DNA of 61,625 bases, the filler included, from Choristocarpus tenellus KU-1152 (lineage: Eukaryota; Protista; Phaeophyceae), in assembly GCA_964200185.2 (NCBI GenBank). It is 7 parts of 7 records of this genome, joined end to end, with 100 filler letters (N's around TTAATTAATTAA, not from the genome) between each part and the next. Parts side by side here need not be neighbours in the genome. Positions count along the whole stretch, not along the records: positions 33,240 to 46,590 come from CAXNAD020001513.1; positions 46,691 to 58,809 come from CAXNAD020001968.1; 5 more parts are not named here. The stretch is one strand, 5' to 3'. The translations under genes were made by a program, and so were the position numbers. Positions 35,962 to 49,800 of the stretch are shown piece by piece (position 1 is the first letter of the stretch; each line of letters starts with the position of its first letter). The notes under the pieces are model-generated. The model ran no database searches. It was not told the DNA's origin and saw only the letters and a program-made list of their open reading frames with translations.

Positions 35962-38900
35962 AAGGGGTTGACTGTATATGGGTTAGATAAACATTGATGC
36001 TGTAGTTCTTTTGTGCACACAGCAGCGCATGTGATCACATCTAGAAATCGATAAATGATTTATACTTGCCGAAAGCAATATGCAGTACATTTGTGAAGGT
36101 CAATTTGGCGCGATGAAATTTGATGTGGTTGTGTACAGTCATGAAGCATATAGTAAAAAAAAATCGTGATTAGTCCAAAATCGACAAGAGGGAAGAGGTA
36201 GGTGCTTTGGTTGTCACCACAGTAGCTGTGAGAAGCGCTCAAGGTTACACTTTATTCTAGAGCTAGAGATAAAATCGACCTTAGAAATGGACCACTGTGA
36301 ATGACAGGATAGGACACTAGGTCTTGAGGTTATCCCTTTCAGAAAAAATACTTTCTGATATGGTGTTATGCCATTGTTGACGCCCACTTCAAATTTTTGG
36401 AGGCTAAGAAGTGAGTAAGTACTGACTGGGTGTTGACGTCCTTTCAGAGTTTTTAACATGTCCACTATATGAAAAAAAAATGCCACATGTGAGACTTGAA
36501 CCCAGGATGCCATGTTTACCAAACATGATTCTTCCATTAGACTATCAGTATATCTTATCTTTCGAACAGACCTAATCTTCCGTTGCCTTTTTGACTTGGG
36601 TCATGCCAGAAAATGTTTGGGTCTGCAAAAAAATGATACTGTGTTAAATAGCAGGAGGAAACGGGGAGGGGTTACGATAGGGCCATTATCTTCTGTTGAT
36701 TATGATACACTACTGTGAAAGAGATAAGGAGAAGTGGGAAAAAAATAGGGAGAACAGAGATGGATTTTTTTTTAAGATCCAGTAGCAGTAGAAAAAATGT
36801 TTGAAGGTTGAAGAATGTATGCTTTTGTAGGTACAGATTGAGTAGGGGGGGGGGGGGTGAGTGGGAGTTGAACGAACAGAAATTAATCGATGGCGTTATG
36901 GCTGTTCTGTTGTCCAGATGTTTTGCATGGTGTTAACCCAATCCAGTTGTAGTCCTTCGTGTTGAGAGTTCCAAGTACTTTTTTTTGCTCTTCGGGTTTG
37001 ATTAATGCCTGGCAAATACTAACCCACCCACCCACTGGGTGTTCTGTAACTGTGCAGATATTACAACCCGGTGACGACTCTCCTAGAGAAAGGGGGAAAG
37101 TGGGAGGGGATGAAAAATACGGCCCAACTGAGAAGACAGCATAACTTGCCTGTTCCGGTCAAGCAGGTCAGTGATTTGCCTTGGCTAGGGCAACACATAT
37201 TTCTCTTTTTTTTGCCTTAGTGTGTAGTATTGGTAGTGTGTGCAGTACATGAACTCAAGATGAACAGCGTTAAATGGAGATTGACAGGACTCATTTGTTC
37301 TCAAATGGTGTGTCTTATCTCTAGCGGTAGTGACTCCACTCAGGTTTGGTACTCCAGTACATGGGTAGCGATGCTATCTGAACCTGTTGGATTGCCTGAA
37401 GTCTGTTGGTAAATGTGCAGATGAGTGGTAACGGCGTATCTCTCAGTGGATGAGCATTCTGCAGTCTAACTCCCTGTCTCCTGTCACTTCGTTCCTGAGG
37501 TGCAATGGATCAACAACATATCTTGCTGCATTTGAGGCACACAACAGGAAAAAAAAAAATACGTTTTTGAATAGCAATCATCAACACTTTTTTTTATCGA
37601 TGTCTGACATACTACGGTGCCTTCCTTCTTCTTGCCATCTTTTTCATGTCTTTTGTTTTTATTCTGGAACCAGTATCCCCATTGAAACCTTTAGCTACGC
37701 TGATGTCTCTTGTATGTACCCTCATCAAAACCATTCCATAGCAGTCTCTAATGCAGGAGTAGATACTTAGTTTGTACTAACCTATCTTTGCTTTTTGCTT
37801 ACCTTTAGGGTTCAGTGTACAAGCCAGTGGAACGTATGTCACGCCACTTCAATCCCCTTGCAGTGCCCAAGAAACTCCAGGCTCAGTTGCCTTATGCGAG
37901 CAAACCCAAGCTGAAGGTCAAGCGCAAGAGGAAGGGCTACCTGCAAAAGAGGTAGGGCTGTCTTGTCTCTGGTGCTTTGTCTATCCTCAGTATTTCCCTA
38001 ATCAGCACCTTTGGTACAGGTAAAGGCAATCTCATTGGGCGTTTCTTACTTTTTTTCAATCAATTGTACTGGAGTAGGAGTACATCACAACCAGGGACTG
38101 AAGGAATTGGAGGGAATTCCTCTTCTCTGATTGTTGCTACTTTGTAAGTATCAGTCTCGATGAGAAATGTGGTGTATTACGGATAATTGCATCAAGTACT
38201 GTTGATGTCAGTACTGTGCAAACCATTGGTACACAAATTAGGTTCCTGAAATTGGTACCAGAACAAGGAGAAATGAACTGAGCATACATAACCAATTAGT
38301 ACTCAGTCGATTTGTTGTTTGGTGAGTCCTGTACCTTTTTTTGTCACTGGCCACTCTCGCCATGAACTGCTCATGTTGACTAATGTTTCCCCCCCTGACT
38401 TACCTTACACATTACTTCATCAGAGAGAGGTGTTGTGGGGCCAATTCCTCTTGACTTAGTTTCCTCAACATCTGAAGAGGAAAGCAACACGGATGTCTCG
38501 AAAGGAGCCCAACTCACTCACTCACATGCTCTCCCTTGCCTGTGTGTTCTACAATGTCGATTCTGCTGCTTGTGCCTGTCCCATACCACTAGGGCTGTGG
38601 TGATGGATCCAGCAGAACGAAAGAAGGTCTTCCTGATGCAGGCTCTGTCCACGATTCGCAAGGAGAAGCTAGCGATCAGAAAGGACGCCAAGCAGAAGAG
38701 GAATGAGGCAAGACATGCGTTTCGTTTGTTTCTCTTACTCCCTGCAGGATTTCCCCTTATCCATGCCCTACCCCATACTGTGCTAGAACCTGTACGTGCA
38801 TGTAAACTTGATGCTTTTGTGATGGGAGAGGTCATCTCAAAGAACGATGCAACTGGATGTTGAAAGGTGGCTTTAGTGTGTTGACCCAGTCATTGCATGT

Positions 38901-39403
38901 TCATAGTCACTGTGAAAGAGGCTTCTATTCTCATCATGTTTATTGCTTGCCTTTATTATGGATGCAGCATCAGCAACACCTGTTGTGCAGATGCTCGTAG
39001 GGGTTTGCTCGTGTTACATGCCTTTGTTCGCCCTGTGCAAGGACCTGCCAAATATTGACAGTCATTGAGGCCCTTACTGTTGATTGTACATGCTGGTCAC
39101 CAGCACTTAAAATCTATGAAAGCTGAATGACTGGGAATTATGATGATATGATACCAAGGCCCCTCAAGCCCCCTTTTCCTTGGATGAGGTCGCTCTCAAA
39201 GTTGATTTATCATGACTGCAACTTCACCTGAACCCCATGCTCCCCCCCATCTGGTGGCTCAGGAGAGATTGAAGAGGACAGCCAAGATAAGTGAGGCATT
39301 TGAGGAAGTAAAGAAGGATGAGAAAAAACGTAAGCACCGGGCAAGGGGGAAAGAGGAGGAGAGGAGAAAACGAGCAAGGGGAGGAGGAAAAGGAGAAGAC
39401 TAG
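33700..39403 (+). CDS. BMS1: Ribosome biogenesis protein BMS1, 3' half; exons 33700-33894, 34392-34507, 34840-34982, 35589-35761, 37058-37166, 37809-37951, 38593-38707, 39263-39403
   Basis: [131 protein letters not shown]; splice phases all consistent. Confidence 0.95.
36062..36530 (-). mobile_element. Possible Helitron Rep-domain relic within a BMS1 intron
   Basis: [10 protein letters not shown] followed (frameshifted) by HIVDML..KGRQH, resembling G.LG.V..Y...EFQ.RG.PH.H; then [13 protein letters not shown], resembling Q.H.C...C.K, at plausible spacing. Confidence 0.35.
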
Positions 39404-40688
39404 GGCAGAGAAAGTGTTCACACATAGGCAATGGTAGGGAGGAAATGCTAGAAGTACCCATGCTGCACAGGATAGTACTCCAAGTATCTGTCTGATATAG
39501 CTCCACTTTAGATCAATGTAAAACTGGGAAGGGATGAAACACGGTGTGGACAGGGTGGTGTGGCCTAGTTGAAGGATTAATAGGTTCCTAGAGCAATCCT
39601 ATTGAGGGAGTGAAGGTTACGAGTGGGAGCCAAGGGCTTGTGTTTATGACTGCCAGCTCCCAATTCCTATGATACAAAGGTTGAATAGGTGTTTTATTGA
39701 TATTACGTAATTTCACACATTTGGAGTGACTGTGTCCCAACAGTTCTCTAATTCAGCGTCAAACTGTCCATTGATTAGCTTGCTATCAAATATGTAGAAC
39801 CTTTCAACACCTTGCCACAAATTGCACTTGGAAGGGAGCAAGAATAGGAGGAGGGTGGGGATGCTTTCCATGCCCATACTCTATCTTTGGGCACATGATA
39901 TTGCTGGCAAGAGAAAAAGGTTCGTGCCCAGTTAAGAATATTTGCCCATTGGCGCAGTAGGTTGAACTCTGGTTATGAAAGTTGACTCGAGGTTTAAAAA
40001 GTACATACAACAGTAGGTACGCCCAAAAGCATCGTTATGACAAAAATGCTGTGTTTGTGCTGTCCTTCCTTTAATCAAGACTGAAAAATGTTGGTTGGCA
40101 TGAACTCATTATTTACCCCATCAGACGTACCATTTTCACACTGTTGTATCCATATTCAATGACAATTTCATTCAAACTACAGTTTAATAGTCATATATGC
40201 ATTTTTAGTGTCACGGCGACACTATATAGAATCCTCCATCGTACTTGTAAAGGGTTATTCTGACGTCTTTACCACGATGACATGATTATTTTCATGCTGT
40301 AGAGAAATCCATTATTCACATCAGCGTCCTTTCTCAATTAAAGACAGAAGTTCGTCCTATCGTTGTGCTTGGAATATTGTTCTTAGAATTCATTAATTAA
40401 GCCTCTGAAGTGCAAATCAAATTAAGTTTGACTGTGGTCATCGCACATACGACTCAATTTGCCTTGTGAAGACCCTAATAAAGGTTGGATATGAAGATGT
40501 CAATACCTCCCAAAAAAAATCGGGAAAATATAAGGTCACAAAAGGCCTCACAAGTATATATTATGGAAGTGTACACGACGTTATTCAAAAACGTAAAACA
40601 TAACACTGAATGAACATCCGACTGAAAGAACCCCAACAGTAAACGTGAGGCTTAGACAAAGTGCAAATTTTGAGTCCCATGAGGTGAG

Positions 40689-43584
40689 TTACGCCGAAGT
40701 TGTCGTCTCAGGCACCACAATGGTGTCGTACACGTAAGGAGCGTAGGCACCCTGAGCGAAAAGCACAGAAGTTGTAAGAGCACAGACGATGATGGTAATA
40801 ACCCACCCGAAAATGGCCTTGCCCAGAACACTAGTGTTGATTCCTCCTTTACCCTCAAGCAGAGCTACACCAGTGGTAGCACCGACCTGACAGTGGGTGG
40901 TGGACAGAGGGATCTCAAGACGAGACCCAATGATAATAACCATGGCTGAACCCAGCTCAATTGCGAACCCACGAGATGGGGTGATTTTGCAGATTTTCAC
41001 ACCAATGGCAGCAATGATCTTGTAGCCATACAGAGCCAGCCCAATAGTGATACCAAGACCACCCAAGGCCAGGATCCAAAAAGCGTCGTCACCAAGATCA
41101 CGAGATGAGTTCACTTCCCCATCCGTGTAAACAACATACACAGCTGCAAAGGGTCCCATGGCATTGGCCACATCGTTTGCGCCATGGGAGAATGAATCAC
41201 AAATGGCGGTAAAGATCTGCACATACTTGAACACTTCTTCTGAACGAGGGTCGAACTTTTCGGCATTGTCGTGAATTCCAGACACATACTGGCTATCCTT
41301 GACTGATGCATGAATGTCCTTTGACATCTGGCTGTTCACAAAGCCAACAACACCACTACCGTGCTCAGCAACGGTTTCCTCCTTATCCTCAGTAGGAGCC
41401 TGTAGTGTGGTATCCAGCAAGTATAATAAAATATTTTAGTCACTTCATACACATGAGCTCAACGGAACATCTATGATTGGATAGTAACTTGTCTTGAGGT
41501 TGAGGTAATATATTGTGCCAAAAAAGGCGTCTAAATGTAGACAGGAATAAAGACAATAAATTGTACGCCTGTAGGGAGTTGCACTGTAACAGCATAGTGT
41601 TTAACAATACAATCAACAGCACAGCACCAGCACCAGTAGAAGGGGGCAACAATTTAGTTCATTCTGACCTTCAAGGAGCCATCTTCGTTGAACTTGGCAT
41701 CCACTTTCTTGCGCATCAACGGCAATACAGTTGGGACCATGAGCAATCCGATACCAAACCCAAGCCCAAGGGCGTATGCAAATGCAGTGTCGAGGGGAGT
41801 TTCATCAAGATCGAGCCCCGACGCACCCTTGTAGACGATGAAGAACACTGCATTAAACGGCACAGGAAAAAGAATCAAGGAGGTCACAGAGCAGGTCAGG
41901 CCAGTTCCAACCGCCATAAGATATTGCATTGAGAAGGAGATATTGGCTACCACAATTGCTAGCTACACACAGCATGAAAGGATAAGAGATAACAACGACC
42001 ACCATAAACCATACTCTTCAATTATCTCACCATTGATGGAGAGGGTGGCAGCAACAAGCAAGGGGTAAAGAATAAAGGACCTCTTGTAGGAGTCCTCAGA
42101 TCGGAGCACGAAGGTCCGCACAAAGAGGAACAGAGCGCAGGCCAGAATAGCAGAGAAGACTGGAGAGATCACCCAAGAGGCGACAATAGAAGAGATTCCT
42201 TTCACGAATGGGAAAGTGTCTGTGTCCTCATGCCACACCACACAGTCCGTTCCACGGTATGTCATGGCCATTCCCACAATGCCGCCGACGGTGGAGTGAG
42301 TCGTGGAGACGGGCAACTCAAGGAATGAGGCAAGAAGAAGCCACAAACCAGTGGAATACACCACACACATCATACCGTACATCAGGATTGGAGGATTATC
42401 CTCGAAGCATGAAGTCTGTTCAAGGGTGATAATTGGGTGCAGCGCAAGAGAAAGTGCTGTTTCCAGATTAGTTGACATGGTGCACGAAGGAATAGGACAT
42501 CACAAGACCCTATAGTCACACCTGACTTACACCACCAGAACCAGAACCGAGTGAGAGACCCTACAGTGTGATCTGATGGGAGACATAAATCCGCACAACC
42601 CACCATTCACAACCAGTTATATTCTTGCACCTCAAATTGTGAGCTCTGTGTACGACACTCAAATATCAATCACTGTCTTCATATAGTATCATATATGTAG
42701 CTTTACACGGTATCTCATTCAAGCGAAAGTTGGTATCAGAGGAATTGCAAGACATGCATAGATCAGCATCAGCATGATGAGGTGGAACAGTCGACAGCGT
42801 GCCCTGAGTGAAAGTATCCTAGAGCGTACGAGTTTTGCCCTGTTTGTCCATTTTGGGGCTTGGCTTCCGTCAGTTTTTATGACATTTTCCTACTCCAAAA
42901 TTCCGGAGTAGTAGGTAAAATGTGCACGTTATGAAAAGGTGTGTCCAGAACAAGGACATTGACATCTCCTAATAAAAACGATGGCTGAAATTACATCAAA
43001 ATCGCAACATTGGATTTTGGGGCCCAAATGGACGCGGCTCTACCCTCTAAGATACTTTGGCTCCCTGCGAGGCTACATAGTAGAGGTATCTTTACTCATT
43101 AAGCAGATAGGAGGGCAACCTACATACCAATGACTAACTGCAACCTTTGAGCGCACACCAGAGGTCAACTTGACAGACTCACCTCTGCAATACCCTTTCG
43201 GATGGTCTTAGTCACGTGAGATCCAAGGAAGACAGCCCCGAGAAACTCAAAAATTCCAGCCAAAACAACGGCTTGCTTCAGAGTGAGGGCCTTGGCTCCC
43301 ACAGAAGTTGCGAAGGCATTGGCGACATCATTGGCACCAATACCTATAACAGAAAAAAATGATAGTGCCAAATTAATCCATCCAGTCTTTCATCGTGTGA
43401 TCCATCTCCCAATGCTCAAGGTTGTCAACCTGTCAAATCCTACATGCAACACATCGGTTAGATCCAGGGATTACGAAATCGTACCGAAAGCAGCGAAGAA
43501 AGCACCGAAAGCAGCAACGATCAAAATCCAGAGGAAAGCATCCGTTGTCTCCGGTGCGAGCATGCGTTCGGCGTAATCCTCCAT
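40689..43584 (-). CDS. PiT/SLC20 (PHO4 family) sodium-dependent phosphate transporter, 511 aa; exons 43584-43485, 43343-43183, 42415-42031, 41847-41669, 41399-40689
   Basis: Two PHO4 repeats: [16 protein letters not shown]...[12 protein letters not shown] and [12 protein letters not shown]...[10 protein letters not shown]...[11 protein letters not shown]. All introns are GT-AG with matching phases; total 1536 nt. Confidence 0.95.
42806..43063. mobile_element. MITE clan subtype A, full copy in intron 2 of the phosphate transporter, TSD CCT
   Basis: GAGTGAAAGTATCCTAGAGCGTA...TACCCTCTAAGATACTTTGGCTC flanked by CCT. Confidence 0.85.
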
Positions 43585-43772
43585 GTTGCTATTCCTTGGT
43601 GCTCAACTTTGGGCCTCTAATTGTAGTTTGAACTATGCCCCTGGAAGATGGAGGGGGTGTATAATGGATGACGTTTCTGTTGTCGAAGATAGTGCAGTAA
43701 GTTCTTCAGGGTTCGTAAAAAAAGTGCAACATATGTTGATCAAGTGAAAGTCCACAACTAGAATATTTAGAG

Positions 43773-43839
43773 GAATCTCTCACAGCGTTGTGTTGATTAT
43801 TGTTCGAAATCTCGTTACAAAACCACGAATCTCAGATTC
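43773..43839. promoter_or_regulatory. Cluster of GAATCT motifs, including the palindrome GAATCT-C-AGATTC, upstream of the phosphate transporter
   Basis: GAATCT at 43773 and 43827, inverted copy at 43834, variant GAAATCT at 43806; about 190-255 bp upstream of the ATG. Confidence 0.4.
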
Positions 43840-45059
43840 CTTAACTGTAGTTCAAAGAGAAAGTTGAAGCTACGTAATGTTGTACTCTTTTCTACTACAG
43901 TAGTAGTACTGTAGTAGTAAATATATACAATTTTGAAATAGTATAGGACATCTTGGCCATAGAAATCGGTATATTTCTATTCCCTTCTTTTCTGGAAACT
44001 TCACTACATCTACTCTACCTCATTCAATCAAAGTTCACACTGCACTAATATTTCTACACTATATCTGACTAACTGGAATATCAATAACGGTAATGGTTGT
44101 TCAATGTCATCCTCACATCAAAGCGGAATGACATATGTTTACATATATTACATTGTACTCATTACAAAATAGAGAAACCCGAATTCTGGTTCTATGTCCA
44201 TATCTGCTACCTCGCCAAAATGCGAAACTTTTTTTGGTTTAGGGAAGAGGTTTGAGGTAAACATAATCCCGAGAATCACCGATGTGTGATTTAGAACACT
44301 GTAACTTCTATAGCATAGCATTCTTTTTGCAAAAAGTTAGGGGTAACTGATATTTCTGGAATTAAAGGGGCAGATATTTGGAACAAACTATTTCAAAATA
44401 TCCTCCTTTTTCCTTCCACAGTGATCTAACAATTCTTTGTGAATATTATATTATGGTTGTCCAAGAATGCCATTTTTTTGTTTATGGCGTGTTGTATAGA
44501 TGTGTTTTAACCTTCTCACCCCAACTCCAAACTTAGGATAAAAATTGTGGTAGAGGATAATTTGGTTAGGGCGAACTAGTCAGAATGTGGTTGTGGTTGG
44601 ATGGCGTTGCTGAACATCGGTTAACTCTGTCGTGTTCACACTTTCATGTACTTGACAAGTGACATTCTTTGTGTGTAGGGGACATCTCTCCGTTCTCTGA
44701 AGTCCGTTAGGGCCTGTAGGTATATTCAGGCATTACTAGCATTTATTACCTCCTATATGTTATATTGTAACCAGTTCCAATCTGACCACATGGAACCTGA
44801 AAACTGACTTCGGGAAAAATGTGTAGGAACGTTGTATAAGTTTGGGCCTATTGTCTTTCAGAACTATGAGAGGCTGGTAAGAAAAAAAAAACTCGAATTC
44901 ATACAGGTATCTCGCACAGGTCATAATTTTAAATATTGGAGGAGGATTGAATGCAGTACTACGTGACCAGTGTAGGTTGTTTTGTAGACGGAAATAACTA
45001 ACTTTAGAGGCGCTTCCTGGTATTTACGCAGAGGACTTCTTTTTGAGCCACACATTGGG

Positions 45060-45720
45060 GATTGGTTGTGTGGGGAGACTTGCACCTGAACCCTAGACTG
45101 GTCGTATTTGCTAGACAACTTGTGGGACCTCAACGGCGTTTCACCTTATCGGGTTGTTAGTAGTCCGCATACAAATCGGGAATCAACTATGTGATGGAGG
45201 TATTTGCGTTGTGTAAAAGGGGAAGCGCATTGAAATTACTCATAAACTTTCTCGAGGTTTGCAAGGATAGGACCGAGAGGCTAAGTTGTCCCCCTCCACA
45301 ATGCTTTTTTTGACGTTAGGTCATGGGTCTGGTATAATAAGATCAGGGAAAATGCATGCAATTGAAATCGAGGAAGAAATTTTATTCCATCGCGCACTTT
45401 GAGTGTCCTGCGCAGTTCATTTTTGAGACAAAAGGTTAGGTACAGGTGATATTGTGGCACGGAAAGAGGAAAAGAGGATTAGACAAGATCAGTTAACAAG
45501 GGCAGTCCGCAGGCACAAGGTTGCTACATAGTATACCAACATCAGAGAGTGTATATGTCATACAGGGATGCCGTCATGAAGACTGGGCACGACGGCATTG
45601 AGGTGGCTACGCAGAAACAGAAGTTCCTGTTGATAGGGTCCCAGCCATGCATGGGGAATGGGAGGCAAACTATCTTACAGTTCCCAAAGTGACCATAAAT
45701 GAAGTGAGAACAGAGAACCA
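45060..45720 (+). mobile_element. Possible decayed LINE ORF2 N-terminus (APE endonuclease plus linker)
   Basis: LVVWGDLH (GDFN-like), INYVM (IDY-like), ITHKL (SDH-like) and PKVTINEVRT (P.IT..EV-like) in the correct order, across several frames. Confidence 0.3.
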
Positions 45721-46590
45721 GGTCAGTTCAGTTTGCATACAGATCCTAAGGGATATGCAAGGGTTAACATAAGTCATACTGAAACCAAAGGCCAACACTG
45801 GATATGTATTACTTGGGAGGCGCACCTTTACCAATAACAGAGTTTTGCGTGTATCAAAATGAAAGTTGAAAGTGCATCCTTGAAATGTAAACAGCTCTCC
45901 ACTTCACTTCGCTTCTCGAAAAGAAATATTAATAATGGTAGTAAATGTACTACACCTCTTGATTGTTTATGACAGGTGTTGTAATGGCTTAAGGAGCATA
46001 CTTTCATAACTAGAAAAAAATCAACACAATAAAAGAAAATATTGAAAAGGCGACAATAAAAAATAACAGCAGCAAAGCAACAAAAGTAACCTCAATCAAA
46101 TATCAACAATTCATGGACTACACAACACAGCAGTGGGAAGAGTTAAATATAAAATTAATCACTATACAAAGCAGTAACAAAAACTATGCAAGGTACACTG
46201 TGCTTCTGCATTCCAGCGGGGCAAGGGGTACCCATCTTCACAGGGACAACTCTGGTTCAAATTAATGACCCCACACTCCGATTTACATTTATTTGTTGCA
46301 TGCGACATAAAATCTGATCACTTGCCGAAGTGTGACTAGTACCACCATGCAGAAACCCCATCCAGAAGATATTTCTACCCTAAAGCCCACCCTCAAGGTG
46401 GTGTGACGTGGCTAATGTTCGTAGATAGTGCTGCTGATACACTATAGACACCATCGGTGGAGTAGATTAGGAAATGCCGACACGACTGGTTGGTGGAGTA
46501 ATGAAGGAAAGGTGGAGCCAGATACATGTTTCCGTATATTCCAGTTGAGCTCTACACAACGTTCATGTATGGTAGTTCATGTATGGTAGG

Positions 46591-46690
46591 NNNNNNNNNN
46601 NNNNNNNNNNNNNNNNNNNNNNNNNNNNNNNNNNTTAATTAATTAANNNNNNNNNNNNNNNNNNNNNNNNNNNNNNNNNNNNNNNNNNNN
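46591..46690. other. Artificial contig linker
   Basis: N44-TTAATTAATTAA-N44. Confidence 0.95.
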
Positions 46691-46732
46691 ACACCATAAA
46701 ACAAAACTCAATAGCCAAAAAAAAGAAAAAAG

Positions 46733-46773
<41 letters not shown>

Positions 46774-46868
46774 AAAGAAACTACACCAAACAATTAGATA
46801 CGACTTCATGGTTCCAACACTGGGGAAGAGAAAAAACACCCCAAGTGTGCTATGTACATCATACTCAC

Positions 46869-49800
46869 TTGTCTAGTTGCATCATCACCCCCTGACCTCA
46901 GCTCTTCAACTAGTGTGCTGATATCCTCAGTCCGTTCCGATACAGGCTGGTCGGATAGTGTAAGGCAGCATACACAATTGTGTCAGTAAGATAGGACTTG
47001 TGGGTCACAAGGGGCAGGAAGGGTGTAGAGGGCAAGTAGTCTTAAGAGTGTGCACTAATGACATTACACCAATTCAATAACAAGAACAGCGAAGAGGTCT
47101 AGGCTGATTCAGGTTACGGTTCTGATTGGCTAAGGTACTTGGGAGTGTACTGACTTGAGCTTAAGAACAGGAAGCTCGGCCCTTGTACACATAGGGGAAG
47201 GCGAGACAGTTAAGCAGAGAGAGAACAAACAAATAACTACCTATTCTCATCCTCACCACCTGCTATTCAATTCAAGATCCATCTCTAAAGCACACTGCAG
47301 GCATGACTGGAAGTAGTCAACTATCACTGTCATATGTTACGCACTTGACTCACCCCACCCCGGAGTACATCCCAATGAACGCAAATCAAAATGAGAAACG
47401 TCCCCCACGAAATAGCTCAATCCCCATTCCACTATGACTACAATATCATGGCTACAATATCATCACAACAGCGACACTACTGTGGCGGTTGTGCCAATTA
47501 TTAAGTGCTTTAGGCACCATCACTATATATATATATTATATATATGGAAGGGAAGTAGCAAGCCCTACCCTCTCATTGACACGCCCTTTCTGTGATCTGG
47601 TCTTGCGTAGGCGTTCAGCATAGGTGAGGGTTGAGAGGGTTTCCAAATACGCCTCTGACGAAGGACTAACCGTAGCCAACATGGTAGTCCTAGCTCGGCC
47701 ACAGAGCGCCTCCTGCAAAATCACCATCACATCAAGGGCAAATAGGGTAAACATTGATCACCACTGTTGACTACATTCATATCAAAATGGGAGACAGGAG
47801 ACACACACTTCACCAAGCATAACAAATGTTGTCAACACAGTAACACTGTGTAGGGTTATCTTCAGTCACTAGAATGCGTTCACCCTGCAACCTCAACAAC
47901 GATGCTTTCCCCTCAAAATTGACCCCAATTCCAGTTTGAGTGTGTTGGAAGGCTTGTTTCCTATGCTTTGAAATTCTGTCACCTGAATTGTCAGAATGAC
48001 AGTATGGTCAAATTTCTTGAAGTATTGCTTATTACTAGACAACCTGATACTGCAAATAGAATAAACAGGACCAAAACACAAATGTGAGGTATGTGCAACA
48101 TTCATCAGTCCATTAGTGTCAATTAGTGTCAATTAATGTCTGTTAATGTCAATTAGTGTCTATTAGTGTCAGTTAGTGCACTTGTGGGAATGGCCTACTT
48201 AGGAAGATAGGGTTTAGAAAAGACTGAACTCAAGGCACAGGGTCATGACTAGCACTTAAACAATCACCTCAATCCCTCTCGCCACCAAATCAAACAATCA
48301 TCATCAAACAATAATTATATCCTACCACTAATCCTCAACACTTGGTGGAAAACGTCCCTGTCCGTCCACCCTCACCAACCCAACAAATCTATGTCAAATT
48401 TGTTAAACAACCAAACCAAGCAAACAAATCATCCTGTCTTTGGAGCAGGCTGCATACTGTATCTGGAACAATCCAAATTCTGTCCAAGAAATGGTAAGTT
48501 AGTGGGATGGTATCATAGAATAAATTAAAACATTGTCTACAACACAAGGTATATTCAAGAGCGTCAATTACCCTCAAATGGTTCCTTACTGCGTAATACA
48601 CACCAATAGTCCTACCATCATGTTCTGTCAGCCAAAATCAGCGACCCCTGAGTATTTCATTTCACCTTCAGATCACATGTCAAGATATATTGAAGTACAT
48701 TGAAGTACATTAAAGTATATTGAAGTTTATTGAAATAAATTGAAGTATATTGCTTAACCTTTTACCTTCAGAAGCCATGTCAAGATGGACTCTCGGAAGG
48801 GCAGCCCGACGGCATTGTCCCCCCTGGAGAGACTGTTGATGATCAGCCCAAGGTTGGTGAGGGTTTTCTTGATCATGGCACTCTCACGTAGGCGTAATGG
48901 CCCTCCAAACTTATCACCTTGATAACTGCCACCATACGCCTCCCCTCCAACATTAACCTCTCGCTCTGAGCCAGCAAGGTCAACCAACTGCACACGGCTC
49001 GTTCCCTCTTCAGTGGATACCTTAGTGTTAGGGATAGTGTCAAATTAGGGTTAGGGAGGTTAAAGGAATAGCAAATCTATAGAAATAACTTTTCTTTTAT
49101 TGACTCAAACTAGGCAAGAAAGAGGTGCCACTGAGTTTCTTCAAGAGTCCCTCTGATTTTCTGGTTTAACATATATTAACACATTATGACGTACTTGGAG
49201 CACAAAGTCCACAGATCTGGAATGCCTTTTGGAACTCCTTTGTGAGCACCTTCAGTTTGCATAAGGAAGATATCCTTATCGATGCTCTACTACTTATCAA
49301 ATGTCATCATCTCCTTCAACCTATAAACTGCACACCTCTAGGTTATTTTTACTCAGTGATAGTGAGGGTTTGAAATGTCAAGTCAACATTAAGGGGCAGT
49401 GCCAAAAGCAAGGTTAATGCCAATGGAGCAGCCTGTAATACATACCAATTCAATCAAGTCAGTAGCGTTTATGCGTCTGTGTGTGTTGCCTGTTGAATAA
49501 GTCTCATTACAAATAGTTCTACAACATACTACTACTACCACAAAGAATAGAATAATCATCTTGACACCAGGAATCAACCCCTATGCTTCAGACTGATCAA
49601 GGGTGTCATTTTCTAGTGCTTGTCCAAGTCATCTACACACTACACACTCATGAAAGTAGTCATTGAAAAAATATATATTTGCAACTGTTCAGTTCTGAAA
49701 GTGTCTTTTCATATCATATTATCGCATCCAGAAAAAGTCATCTACACAAATAATGCTCTACAAATTGAAACAGAAAAAAATTCTCGATTTCAGAAATTAT

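Noticed and set aside
31313-43584. Functional cluster of SAM synthetase, BMS1 and phosphate transporter
   Set aside because: A contig linker separates MAT from BMS1, and the genes are unrelated housekeeping functions.
44720-44727. Plant P1BS element GTATATTC upstream of the phosphate transporter
   Set aside because: A single degenerate site 1.1 kb away is expected by chance every few kb.
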